Assembly (NCBI GenBank): GCA_963752235.1
Contig: CAVVXL010000021.1
Location: 9,133 to 73,132 of the forward strand
Length of the DNA: 64,000 nt
Reading direction: 5' to 3'
From: an uncultured Acidobacteriota bacterium
GTDB taxonomy: Bacteria > Acidobacteriota > Thermoanaerobaculia > Multivoradales > UBA5704
Position numbers and translations under genes: made by a program. Shown one piece after another: positions 8,288 through 18,286 of this stretch (position 1 is its first letter; each line of letters opens with the position of its first letter). The notes under the pieces were generated by a model. That model was given only the letters and a program-made list of their open reading frames with translations. It was not told where the DNA came from and searched no databases.

Positions 8288-10713
8288 TCAGAAGACGTAC
8301 CGGATACGGCCGGCGACGGTACGCGGCGGGATGACGTGGGTGCCGCCGAAGACGGACTGGAAGTTGTAGAGCCCCTTCTCGTCGAAGAGGTTCAACACGT
8401 CGAGCTGGATTTCGAAGGGAAAGCCGTACTGCTTCAGGCGCCCGCCGAGCGAGAGGTTCCAGACGGTGCGCGGGCGGATGCGCTGCGGGGTCTCGCCGAA
8501 GCGGATGTAGGGCGCGGCGTAGGTGGTGTCGGGGCTGGCGAGGACGTCCGCGAGGGTGCCGGCGTCGGTGACCAGGCCGGAGTCGTAGCGCTGGGTGACG
8601 CCGATCCAGGCGCCGGTCTTGGGGATGTCCCAGAAGATACCGAGCTGTTCCTGGAGGTCCTGATCGTGATCGATCACGAAGGAGCCGCCGGCGAGGGTAT
8701 CGAGCGCTCCGGCGTCGAGGAAGAGGCCGCCTACGAAGGGGTTCTGGTAGAGCGCCTTGACGTGGCCGAGCGAGAGATAGCCGCGCAGGCCGTTCCACGG
8801 GCCGCCGTCGAGCCGGGCATTCCAGCCGCTCAGATCCGCCCCCTTGAAGTTGAGCGGGAAGACGATGCCGGTGTTGAAGAACTGGTCCTGGTCGGCGGCG
8901 TTCACCACCGTCCGCTTCCACCAGGAGAGGTCGACGCGCAGGGCACGGCCGATCCCCTGCTGGAGGCCGGCGTTGTAGACCTTGTGGCGCTCGGAGACGT
9001 TGAACAGCTGACCCGAGCCGAGCTGGCTGTTCCCCTGGAGCGCCGGCGGCACCAGCGCCGCGGCGGCGGCGGACGAGGAGAGGAGGATGTTCTCGTACTC
9101 GGGGGTGATGAACATCCGGTCGTAGGAGGCGCGGAAGACGGTGTTGGTGGCGGGCAGGAACCAGGCGACGCCGACGCGCGGCTGGAGCAGGCTCTCGGTC
9201 TCGAACAGGCTATTGTGGTCGTAGCGCAGGCCGGCGTTGATCGTCAGGTTCCCCAGCCTTGCGGTGTCCTGAGCGTAACCGGCGGCGTACTGGCCGGTGC
9301 GGCCGGAGTTGAAATTGAACAGCGCGCCGCCGCGCGACAGATCGTAGGGGGCCAAATTGGGGTTGTAATCGTCAGCGGAAGGGTCGTTGAGCGTGGGATC
9401 GGTGATCCCGAAATGGAACGACTCCTGGATCGGGAAGCGCTTCGCCTGGAGGCCGACCTTGAGCTCGTTGGCCCCCACCAGCTTCGAAAGCGAAAGGTTA
9501 CCCCCCTGGTTGGCGAGCGAGCGGTCCTGCGCGGCGGTGACCGGGGTGTCGCCAGGCGAGCCGTCGAGGCGCAGGCTGTTGCGGCGGCTGTAGACCTGGC
9601 CGTCGAGCACCCAGCCGGCGGCGGCCACGTGCTGGTAGCCGAGGTTGAGGTTCCAGTCCTCCGAGAAGACCCGCTGGTTCTGCCCGTCGGCCTCCTGCGA
9701 GGGAAGGTTGGTGACGTCGCGGTCGGTCCGGCCGCCGCTGCCGGTGAGGCGGAAGGAGTCGGACTCCCCGGCCGCCAGCGCGTCGTAGCGCGCGAACAGG
9801 CGTCGGGTGTTCCCCTGGTTGTGGAAGTTGTCGAAGGAGACGGGGTCGAGGAAGCGGTCGGATTTCGAGGCGTCGAGGTCGAGGAAGAGGCCGGAGCGCG
9901 GGACCTCCCCAGCCGGCGGCGGCGGACGCCTTCCATCGTCGAGAAGCGGCCGGCGCCGAGGCCGACGTCGCCGTGGAGGCCGTCGTGGCCCAGGGCGGAA
10001 CGGGTGGTGAGGTTGATGACGCCGTTCGCCTTCTCGCCGAACTCGGCGGCGATGCCGCCGGTGACGATCTCGATCCCCTCGGCGATGCCGGGGTCGAGCG
10101 AATTCGAGAAGGAGATCCCCATCTGGTCGCCGATCGGCTGGCCGTCGATCACCAGGAGCTGCTGCGAGTGGCCGCCCTGGAAGTGGTAGCGGCCGTTCTC
10201 GTCCTGGCTGAAGCCGGGCGCGGAGAGGACGATCGCCTCGAAGGCGCGCGAGGCGACCGGCGCGGCGAAGCGGCGGACCAGCGACTTGTCGATGTCGGTG
10301 TGAGTCGAGGAGTCGTCCGTCTCGACCTCGACGTTCTCCTTCTCGGCGGTGACGGTCGTCGAGCCCGAGAACTGCGCGGTGAGCTGGATCTTCTGATCGA
10401 CCGGCACGGCGCCGCGCACCTGGACGTCGGCGTGGAAATCGGCGAACCCTTCGAGCGAAGCCCGCAGATGATACGGATTGTCGGGGACGTTGTAGAAGAT
10501 GAAGCCGCCGTCAGGGCCCGAGACGACCTGCTGCGACGAGCCGGCGAGGTCGTTTGCGAGCTCCACGCTCACGCCGGGGAGCGGCTCGTTGCCGGGTCCC
10601 ACGACCTTGCCGCGGACCTGTCCGGCCCAGGCGGCGGCGCCGAGAAGGAAAAGAAAGAAAAAGAGAGAGGTAGGGACAGCGGCAATCGCCGCGCGAACGG
10701 TTTTCGGTTCCAC
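8288..10713 (-). pseudogene. TonB-dependent receptor (signal peptide, CarboxypepD_reg-like domain, plug, barrel), frameshifted
   Basis: N-terminal ORF 9244..10713 (signal peptide, GVSVELANDLAGSSQQVVSGPDGGFIFYNVP, plug IDGQPIGDQMG) and C-terminal ORF 8288..9628 (barrel ending RIRYVF) lie in different frames. The frame switches near 9905-9935 inside a gccgccgccgccgg tract. Either a pseudogene or an indel error. Confidence 0.75.
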
Positions 10714-10821
10714 TGGATCTGGCCTCCAAGCCTTGATTCCCCCGGTTGAGCCCGCGACGGGCGCGGGACCTCGGCGCCACGAGCAGCGCGAGGAACGAAA
10801 TTCAGGAAAGGGAACGGGAGG

Positions 10822-11178
10822 TCAGGCGAGAGGCGGAGCGCGGGCGCCGGAGGAGGCGCGGGCGAGGTGGCCGGCAGGGAGCGGCAGGTCGTTGCGGAGG
10901 GCCGGGCGCGCGGCCAGCGAGTCGAGCGAGGCCGCGGCGAGCAAGTGGGCGCCGCTCGTCCGCAACTGGTGCAGGCAGAGCGGGCACGGGGCGCGCCGGG
11001 CGTCCTGCGACGGCTCGAAATGAGCGGGCTGGCCGGGATGGACGGCGCTGGCGGAATAGGCCTCCCCCTCGCCGTGGCCGGAGCTTTCGAGCACCTCGCC
11101 GGGGGCGTGCAGCTCGAGCGCCCCCAGCAGGAGGAACGCCGTCAGCAGGCTCGCCCAGAATTGTCGTTTGGCCGGCAT
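10822..11178 (-). CDS. hypothetical small secreted protein (signal peptide, His/Cys-containing)
   Basis: MPAKRQFWASLLTAFLLLGALELHA signal-like N-terminus. CPLCLHQL motif. Lies between the ferritin-like gene and the TBDR on the same strand. Weak RBS. Confidence 0.35.
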   Translation of the reverse strand: MPAKRQFWASLLTAFLLLGALELHAPGEVLESSGHGEGEAYSASAVHPGQPAHFEPSQDARRAPCPLCLHQLRTSGAHLLAAASLDSLAARPALRNDLPLPAGHLARASSGARAPPLA

Positions 11179-11288
11179 CGTCGATCAGGATAGCAGGTCC
11201 ATCCGCCCCACTCTGCCGCAAAAAACGAAACCGGGATGTGCGGATTCGCACATCCCGGTCGTCCGAGCTCGGAAAGTCTGCGAACGGC

Positions 11289-12206
11289 TTACTTGATGTT
11301 GCCGTTGAGCTTGTTGGGGAAGAAGCCGAAGTTGTTGGCGGCGCCGCCGAGGTAGACGATGTTCAGCACCTGGGCCGTGGTGCGGCCGAAGGCGAGGCCG
11401 TTGGCATCGGTGGGGATGATGTTGGCGTGCCCCTGGACGCGGATCGGCTGATCGTCGTCGCCGGGGCCGTCGAGGGCGTCGCGGGCGTCGGAGATCGCCT
11501 TCGCCTGGGCGACCAGGCCGCGCGAGAAGAGGACGGTGCGGATCTCGCCCGCGTGGTAAGCCTCGGTGGCGAGGATGCCGGCCGCGGCGGCGAGGATCGT
11601 CTTGCTCTTGATCAGCGGCGCGGCGCCTTTGTAGGCGGTGACGCCGACGTCCTCGAAGAGGAAGGCGCCGAGCAGGAAGCTGTTCTCGTCCGCGAACGGA
11701 TCGAAGGTCCCGCCGGCGCTGATCAGGCCGGCGGCGGTGGCGGCGGCGTTGAAGCTGTTCTGGAGGTCGATCTTCGGCCGCGCGACGGCGGCGCTGCCGA
11801 GGGCGGAGCGCAGGAAGCGGACGTGGTTCTGCTCGTCCTGGGCGATCTCGCGCGCGTAGTCCTCGATCACCCCGGACTGGAAGGGGACCTGGGAGCCGCC
11901 GGTCACGGTGCCGGGGGTGCCGGTGCCGGTGGTGTCGGCGGCGTCGAGCCCGGTGCCGTTGACGGCGCGCAGATAGAACTCGGCCTCGAGGTATTCGAGG
12001 TTGAGGGCGAAATTCAGAATGTTGATGTCGCTCTGGGAGGTGGTGGCCTTCTCGGAGAGGCCCAGATCCTCGAGCGCCGAGAGCTTGGAGGCTCCCAGGA
12101 CTCCCGCGGCCCCGGCGCCGGCATAGGCGAGGAAGCGGCGGCGGTTGGTAACGGCCTTGACGGCACCGTCGAGGGCCTCGGGATTGAAATCGAGCTTGTC
12201 GGACAT
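11289..12206 (-). CDS. Tat-exported ferritin-like domain protein
   Basis: Twin-arginine motif [18 protein letters not shown]. Ferritin-like [16 protein letters not shown] and [18 protein letters not shown]. Confidence 0.8.
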   Translation of the reverse strand: MSDKLDFNPEALDGAVKAVTNRRRFLAYAGAGAAGVLGASKLSALEDLGLSEKATTSQSDINILNFALNLEYLEAEFYLRAVNGTGLDAADTTGTGTPGTVTGGSQVPFQSGVIEDYAREIAQDEQNHVRFLRSALGSAAVARPKIDLQNSFNAAATAAGLISAGGTFDPFADENSFLLGAFLFEDVGVTAYKGAAPLIKSKTILAAAAGILATEAYHAGEIRTVLFSRGLVAQAKAISDARDALDGPGDDDQPIRVQGHANIIPTDANGLAFGRTTAQVLNIVYLGGAANNFGFFPNKLNGNIK

Positions 12207-12302
12207 CGGGAGCTCCTTCTCAAAGTTGGGACCGCGAGCGCTCGCGGTCGTCTGAGAGGAGTACGGAGTCGTCCCGGAATTGGATGAGTGGGCTTCTAAT
12301 AT

Positions 12303-14356
12303 CTAATACCGCCAGACGATCTCCAGCCGCACGGAGCGCTTCTCCGCCGGGTGGAAATGAATGTCGTTGACCGGCGCGGGCTCTCCCGGCAACTGCGACG
12401 CGTAGTAGTAGTCGACGTCACTCACCTCGTTGCCGAGGAGGTTGAAGACGTCGGCGGCGACCGAGAGGCCGTTCGGGAAACTTGTGGCCGAGGCGGAAGT
12501 TGAGCAGCGACGAGGCCTTGGAGCGGACGCTGTCGTCCTCGATCAGCGGGCGGGGGCCGAAGTAGCGCAGGCGCAGGCTGCCGAACCAGGGGCCGAGGTC
12601 GTCGACCGAGACTCCCGCGGAGAGCGCGCTCTGGATCGCGCCGGGGATGTGGTCCCCCACCGGGTCGAAGTCGCTGAAGCGGGCACGCGAGAAGGCGTAA
12701 TCGGCGTCGATCGTCAGCCAGGGGCGCGGGGTGTAGAAGTTCTGCAGCTCGATTCCTTCCCGCCGGCTGGGGCGGCTCGCCTCGGTGGTGCCGCCGTCGC
12801 CCGAGAAGACGAGCTCGGAGTCGAGGTCGAGACGGAACAGGGTTGCCGAGGTCTGCAGGTGGGGGATCGCCGAGGTGCGGATGCCGAGGTCCGCCCCCTT
12901 GGCGCGCACCAGCGGGGTGACCTGATCGACCGGCTCGCCGGTTTTGGGATCGACCGTGATGGTGGCGCCGCGGGCGTCGTTGCTGTGGAAGCCGTAGCCA
13001 TAGTTCAGATAGAGCTCGGTGGCGCTCCACGGGCCGAGGGTGACGGCGAGCTTGGGGCTGAGGATGGCGGACTGGCGGTGCCCCGAGTTCGCCGCCAGGT
13101 CGCTCCGCACGTCGGCGTAGTACTCGTCGGCGCGCAGGCCGGTCTCGGTGCGCAGCCAGGGGGTCCAGACCACCCGCGCCTGCGCGTAGGGGCCGCCGCT
13201 CACCTGCTCGATGTCGTCGCGACGGGTGGTGCTCAGAAACTGCTGGTCGCGGGTGTGGAGGAGGCCGTTGCCGATCGCGTCGTTGCGGACCTGGAGCCCC
13301 GCCGAGGTCTCGACCTGGTGGCCGCCGAGGGTGAGGGCCCACTGGCGGCTGAGCTGGAAGCCGGTGACGGTGCGGTGGTCGAGCTGCTCGAACTGGTCGC
13401 CGTTCACCGGGTCGTCGAGGAAGTAGGTGAAGTCCGAGAAGAGGTTGAGCCCGTAGCGCAGCACGTAGGCGCTGGCGCGGGTGAGGCGAGGTGTCGCTCC
13501 CCTGCCGCCAGTCGGCCGCCAGGCTGTAGCGGTAGGTGCGGCCGCCGTCCGACGGATCGATCGCCCCGAAGCGGCTGATCAGCCCCTCGTCGACGGCGCG
13601 CTCGGGGATCTGGTCGGTCGAATTCCACTTGCCGTCGTAGCCCATGGCGGTGACGGTGAGGCCGTTGCCGGCGTCGCCGCGGTTCCAGCGCAGGACGCCG
13701 TTGAGCTTCTTGTAGTCGTCCGGGTGCACCCAGGGGCCGTCGTTGTGCTCGAGCTCGATGGCTCCCAGGAGATCGCCGCCGGCGTACTTCTTGGCGTCGG
13801 CGACCAGCAGGCGGCCGTAGCCGTACTCGCCCGGGGTGAGGCTGACGAGCCCCTTGGGAAGGGAATCGACGTAGGTGAACTCGGCGGCGCCGGCGGCCGA
13901 GAAGTCCCCCTCGTCGGCGTAGTACGGCCCCTTCTTGTAGCGCACGGTGTCGACCAGCTCGGGGATCAGGAAGTTGAGGTCGCTGTACCCCTGGCCGTGG
14001 CCGTGCGAGGGCATGTTGACCGGGATGTCGTCGACGGTGATCCGGAAATCGGTGCCGTGGTCGAGGTTGAAGCCGCGCAGGAAGTACTGGTTCGCCTTGC
14101 CGCTGCCGCTGTGCTGGGTGATGATCACCCCCGGCACCGTCTCCAGCAGCTCCCCCGGCCGCAGGATCGGCCGCTCCGCCAGCTCCTTCTGCCCGGTGAC
14201 CCCCTCCGACGCCGAATCCGCGATGCCGACCATGTCCGAAGCGCGGTCGATCACCTGGATCTCGTCGTAGACCTTGAGGCGGTCCTTGGCCGGAGTCTCC
14301 GGCGCCCCCGGCGCGCCCGGGGCCAGCAGCAAGAAAAGGAGAATCCAGGGAGCCAT
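12303..14356 (-). pseudogene. TonB-dependent receptor, two frame disruptions
   Basis: Signal peptide MAPWILLFLLLAPGAPGA. Plug NQYFLRGFNLDHGTDF. Frame change near 13440-13470 (after RYSLAADWRQG) and again near 12455-12470 (HKF/PNG). True C-terminus ...EIVWRY with stop at 12303-12305. Confidence 0.75.
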
Positions 14357-14468
14357 GGCGGGAACTCTACGCACGCGACCGGCGGTTTGGATGATGACGG
14401 CGAGGGGTATAGTTCGGGAGATCTCCGGCCGCCACTGCCGGCGGCCGGGGGATACGGGAGGGCGTGTG

Positions 14469-14741
14469 ATGGCGGAAGTCCCCTGCACTCATCTGGACCA
14501 GATCCAGGACGGCGTCAAGCCGCACAGCCGCGGTTGCGAGGAGTGCCTGAAGATGGGCGACACCTGGGTCCACCTGCGGCTCTGCCTGGTCTGCGGCCAC
14601 GTCGGCTGCTGCGACAGCTCGAAGAACAAGCACGCGACCAAGCACTTCGTGGCCAGCCGCCACCCTCTGATCCAGTCGATCGAGCCCGGCGAGGACTGGG
14701 TCTGGTGCTACGTCGACGAGGTGATGATGGAACCGGGCTGA
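14469..14741 (+). CDS. UBP-type zinc-finger (zf-UBP) small protein
   Basis: MAEVPCTHLDQI...CEECLKMGDTWVHLRLCLVCGHVGCCDSSKNKHATKHF..H..WVWCYVDE shows the Cys/His spacing of zf-UBP. Confidence 0.7.
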   Translation: MAEVPCTHLDQIQDGVKPHSRGCEECLKMGDTWVHLRLCLVCGHVGCCDSSKNKHATKHFVASRHPLIQSIEPGEDWVWCYVDEVMMEPG

Positions 14742-14758
14742 CGGAGCCGGCTGAACCC

Positions 14759-16482
14759 TCACACCTCGCTCAGGTACTGGTGGATGAACGAGATGGTGAT
14801 CGACCCCTCGCCGACGCCGGAGGCGACGCGCTTGATCGAGCCGTGGCGGACGTCGCCGGCGACGAAGACTCCCGGCACGCTGGTCTCCAGCAGATAGGGA
14901 TCGCGGTCGGGCTTCCAGCCAGCGGGGCGCTTGCCGTCCGGCATCAGGTCGGGGCCGGAGAGGATGAACCCCTTGTCGTCGCGCGCCACCACCCCTTCGA
15001 GCCAGCGGGTGCGCGGCTGGGCGCCGATGAAGATGAACAGCGAGCGGGCGGGGTGGCGGGTGGTCTCCCCCGTCGCGGAATTGTGGACGTCGATCGCCTC
15101 CAGATGGTCGTCGCCGTGGGCCTCGGCGACGTTCGAAAAGTTCCAGACCTCGATGTTCGAGGTGGCGCCGATCTGGTCGATCAGGTACTGCGACATCGAC
15201 TTGTTGAGCGACTCGCCGCGCACCAGCATCACCACCCGCCGCGCGTACTTGGCGAAGAACATCGCCGCCTGTCCGCCTGAGTTGGCGCCGCCGACCACGA
15301 AGACGTCCTCGTCGCCGCACGACATCGCCTCGGTCATCGCGGCGCCGTAGTAGACGCCGGCGCCGGTCAGCTTCTCGACGCCGGGGACGTCGAGCTTGCG
15401 GTAGGAGACGCCGGTGGCGATCAGCAGGGCGTGGCAGCTCACCTCGCGGTCGTCGGCGAGGGTGAGGATGCGGTAGGCGTCCTCGATCCGCAGCCGCTTC
15501 GCCTCCTGCGGCGCCAGGATCTCGACGCCGAAGCGCTGCGCCTGGGTGACGGCGCGGCGGGTGAGGTCGGCGCCGGAGAGCCCGGACGGAAAGCCGAGGT
15601 AGTTCTCGATCCGCGAGCTGGTCCCCGCCTGGCCGCCGGGGGCGTTCCCCTCGATCATCAGCGTGCGCAGCCCCTCCGAGGCGCCGTAGACCGCCGCCGC
15701 GAGCCCCGACGGGCCGCCGCCGACGATCGCCAGGTCGTAGAACGGCCGCTCCGCCTGGGTGCGCAGCCCCACCTTCGCCGCCAGCTCGCCGCGCGTGGGC
15801 TTCACCAGATGCGAGCCGTCGGCGAGCACGACGAGCGGCAGGATCGTCCTTGGGTCGGCAGGGGGGTCGGCGGGGGGATCGACCGGCTCGCCGCCCGGCT
15901 TTCTCGGGCCATCTCGGCCTGGAGCGCCGCCAGCAGCTCGATCCCCTCGGGGTTCTCCTCGACGTCGAGCCAGCGGTAGGGGACCTGGTTGCGGGCCAGG
16001 AAGTCGCGGATCTGGAAGGCGTCCGGCGACCAGCGGTGGCCGAGCACGCGCACCCCTTCGAAGGGCGGCCGGAAGGCGGCCTGCCAGTCGGCGAGCAGGT
16101 CGTCGAGCACCGGATAGAGCAGCTGCTCGGGGGGATTCCACGGCTTCATCAGGTAGTAGTCGACGCGCGCCGTGTTGATGGCGCGGATGGCGGCGTCGGT
16201 GTCGGCGTAGGCGGTGAGCAGCACCCGCTTGGCGGCGGGAAAGAGCGGGATCGCCGCCTCCAGGAACTCGACGCCGGTCATCTGCGGCATCCGCTGGTCG
16301 ACCAGGAAGAGGGCGACCGGCGTGGCGCGCACCTTGAGCGCCTCGAGCGTCTCCAGGGCCTGCGGCCCCGAGCTCGCCCGCATCACCCGGTAGGGCTCGC
16401 CATACTGGCGCCGCAGATCGCGGTCCACCGCGCGCAGCACCTCGGGGTCGTCGTCGATCGCGAACAGGACGGGCTTGGCCAT
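14759..16482 (-). pseudogene. response-regulator receiver domain fused to thioredoxin-fold domain and thioredoxin-reductase-like FAD/NAD(P) oxidoreductase, frameshifted
   Basis: REC MAKPVLFAIDDDPEVLRAV..LFLVDQRMPQMTG (ORF 15802..16518). TrxR-like YDLAIVGGGPSGLAAAVYGASEGL and FVVGGANSGGQAAMFFAKY (C-terminal part of ORF 14759..16528). The frames join within ~15840-15900 at C6/G6 homopolymers. Confidence 0.75.
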
Positions 16483-16489
16483 GGGGAGA

Positions 16490-16600
16490 GTAGACCACGG
16501 ACGAACACGGACTTCCACAGACCTTCACGGACAGGAAAGAGGAAACTTCGCCGCTGCCTCATCTCTGTCCCTGTTCGTCCGTGGCGCCGTGTTTGTCCGT
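16490..16600. promoter_or_regulatory. repeat/IR motifs in the divergent promoter region (REC-TrxR gene versus tolC-like operon)
   Basis: cacggac occurs three times (ccacggacgaacacggacttccacagaccttcacggac). It has an inverted partner tgttcgtccgtgg ... gtttgtccgtg. Confidence 0.4.
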
Positions 16601-16738
16601 GATCCTCCCCAACCCCAACCCTGGCACCGCCTTCGCTTACAATTTTCGACCGATGCGGAGCGCGGGGCGGAGCCAGGCGGAAGGGCCGCTGCCGATCCAA
16701 GGGAACGCAGGTCCTTCGACGAAACGGATCAGGCAGTC

Positions 16739-18286
16739 TTGAGACAAAAAATTGGAACTTTTTTCAGCGCTCTGGCCCTTCTCGGGCAGGGCGCGGCGTG
16801 GGCCCAGCCGCCGGCTCCGGTGAGCCCGGCCGCCGGCCCCAAGACGGTGCTGCTGTCGATCGACGACGCGCTGCGGATCGGCTCGGGGGAGAGCGAGGCG
16901 GTGTGGGTGGCCGAGGCGGGGGTGATGCGGGCGGTGGGGACCGAGATGACCACCCGCAGCACCCTCTTCCCGCAGCTCTCGGGGAGCGGCGCCTACATCC
17001 GGACGCTGCGCAGCCAGTTCGGCAACATCAAGATCCCGGCGGGCCCCGGCGGCACGACCGAGACGCTCCCCTTCGGCCAGAAGAACCAGTACTCGCTGGG
17101 GCTCAACTTCTCGCAGCTCGTCTTCGACGGCCAGACCCTGCAGCGCACCAAGGCGTCCGAGTCGCGGCGGCGCTCGGCGGAGATCAACGCCGACTCGGCG
17201 CGGGCCGAGGCGCTGCTCGACGTCACCGGCGCCTACTACGACGCCCTGCTCGGCGAGCGGCTGGTGACGATCGCCGAGGCGTCGCTCGCGCAGCAGGACG
17301 AGATCCTGCGCCAGACGACGGTGGCCGAGCAGGTAGGGGACAAGTCGGAGTTCGAGCTGCTCCAGGCGCGCGTTTCGCGCGACAACCAGCTGCCGCAGGT
17401 CCTGCAGAGCCGCAACCAGCGCCGGGTCTCCTATCTGCGCCTGAAGCAGCTCCTCAACCTGCCGCTCGCCGATGAGATCCAACTCACCTCGCCGCTCGAG
17501 GAGCTGCCGGCCCGCTTCGCGGCGCCCGCCGACCCCTCGACCGACGCGCGGGCGCCGGTGCGCCAGGCGCAGGAGGAGGTGGCCGCGAACCAGTCGCTGC
17601 TGACCGCCGCCAAAGGGGAGCGCTGGCCCACGGTCTCGCTCACCTCCGCCTACAACCCGGTGGCTTACCCGAGCGGCCTCCCCACCTACGGCGACTTCCT
17701 CACCAACTGGACGGTGACGCTGAGCGTCTCGGTGCCGATCCTCAACGGCGGGCGCCTGGCCGGCGACGAGCTGGTGGCGCGCGGCAACCTGTCGACGGCG
17801 CGGGCGCAGCTCCAGCAGACCCGCAAGGCGGCGGAGCTCGACGTCGAGACCTCGCGGCTCAACCTCGCCAACGCCGAGGCGATCCAGAAGAGCAACGAGA
17901 GCACCGTCGAGTCGGCGCGCCGCGGCTACGAGATCGCCCAGCTGCGCTACCGCGAGGGACTGGGGAGCCAGATCGAGCTGCAGAACGCCCGCCTCCTCTT
18001 CGAGCAGGCCGAGGTCAACCGGGCGCAGGCGCTGCGCGACGTCCAGGTGGCGCGCGCCCGGCTCGCCCTGATCCGCGACCTGCCGGTCACCGCCGGCGGC
18101 AGCGGGTCGAACGGCAGCGCCCTGACGCAGAACGGCACCAACGGCTTCGGAAACTCGAACGGCGTCGCCGCCGGCTCTTCGCAGCCATCGCAGCCATCGC
18201 AGACGTCGCAGCCGCAGACCGGCCAGCCATCCAGCTCGATCCCCGGCACGACGGGGACCACCATCCCCGGAGTCTCCCCTCCATGA
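16739..18286 (+). CDS. TolC-like outer-membrane efflux protein (OEP family)
   Basis: Signal peptide KIGTFFSALALLGQGAAWAQ. Two-repeat OEP architecture. Gly/Ser/Gln-rich C-terminal tail. TTG start inferred. Confidence 0.8.
   Translation: MRQKIGTFFSALALLGQGAAWAQPPAPVSPAAGPKTVLLSIDDALRIGSGESEAVWVAEAGVMRAVGTEMTTRSTLFPQLSGSGAYIRTLRSQFGNIKIPAGPGGTTETLPFGQKNQYSLGLNFSQLVFDGQTLQRTKASESRRRSAEINADSARAEALLDVTGAYYDALLGERLVTIAEASLAQQDEILRQTTVAEQVGDKSEFELLQARVSRDNQLPQVLQSRNQRRVSYLRLKQLLNLPLADEIQLTSPLEELPARFAAPADPSTDARAPVRQAQEEVAANQSLLTAAKGERWPTVSLTSAYNPVAYPSGLPTYGDFLTNWTVTLSVSVPILNGGRLAGDELVARGNLSTARAQLQQTRKAAELDVETSRLNLANAEAIQKSNESTVESARRGYEIAQLRYREGLGSQIELQNARLLFEQAEVNRAQALRDVQVARARLALIRDLPVTAGGSGSNGSALTQNGTNGFGNSNGVAAGSSQPSQPSQTSQPQTGQPSSSIPGTTGTTIPGVSPP

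Noticed and set aside
7516-8334. 272-aa plus-strand ORF
   Set aside because: Overlaps the Crp/Fnr gene in antisense and has no recognisable domains.
8180-10189. 669-aa plus-strand ORF
   Set aside because: Antisense shadow of the TonB-dependent receptor.
10714-11288. Possible tRNA or sRNA in the TBDR upstream intergenic regions
   Set aside because: No cloverleaf-compatible or conserved structure seen by eye. Only a weakly supported small ORF.
13481-15280. 599-aa plus-strand ORF
   Set aside because: Antisense and alternate frame across the TBDR start and the REC-TrxR gene. Low-complexity translation.
14759-16528. Treating the 589-aa ORF as one intact protein
   Set aside because: Its N-terminal ~250 residues are low-complexity noise. 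The real N-terminus (REC domain) is in ORF 15802..16518 in another frame, so it is one gene with a frameshift.
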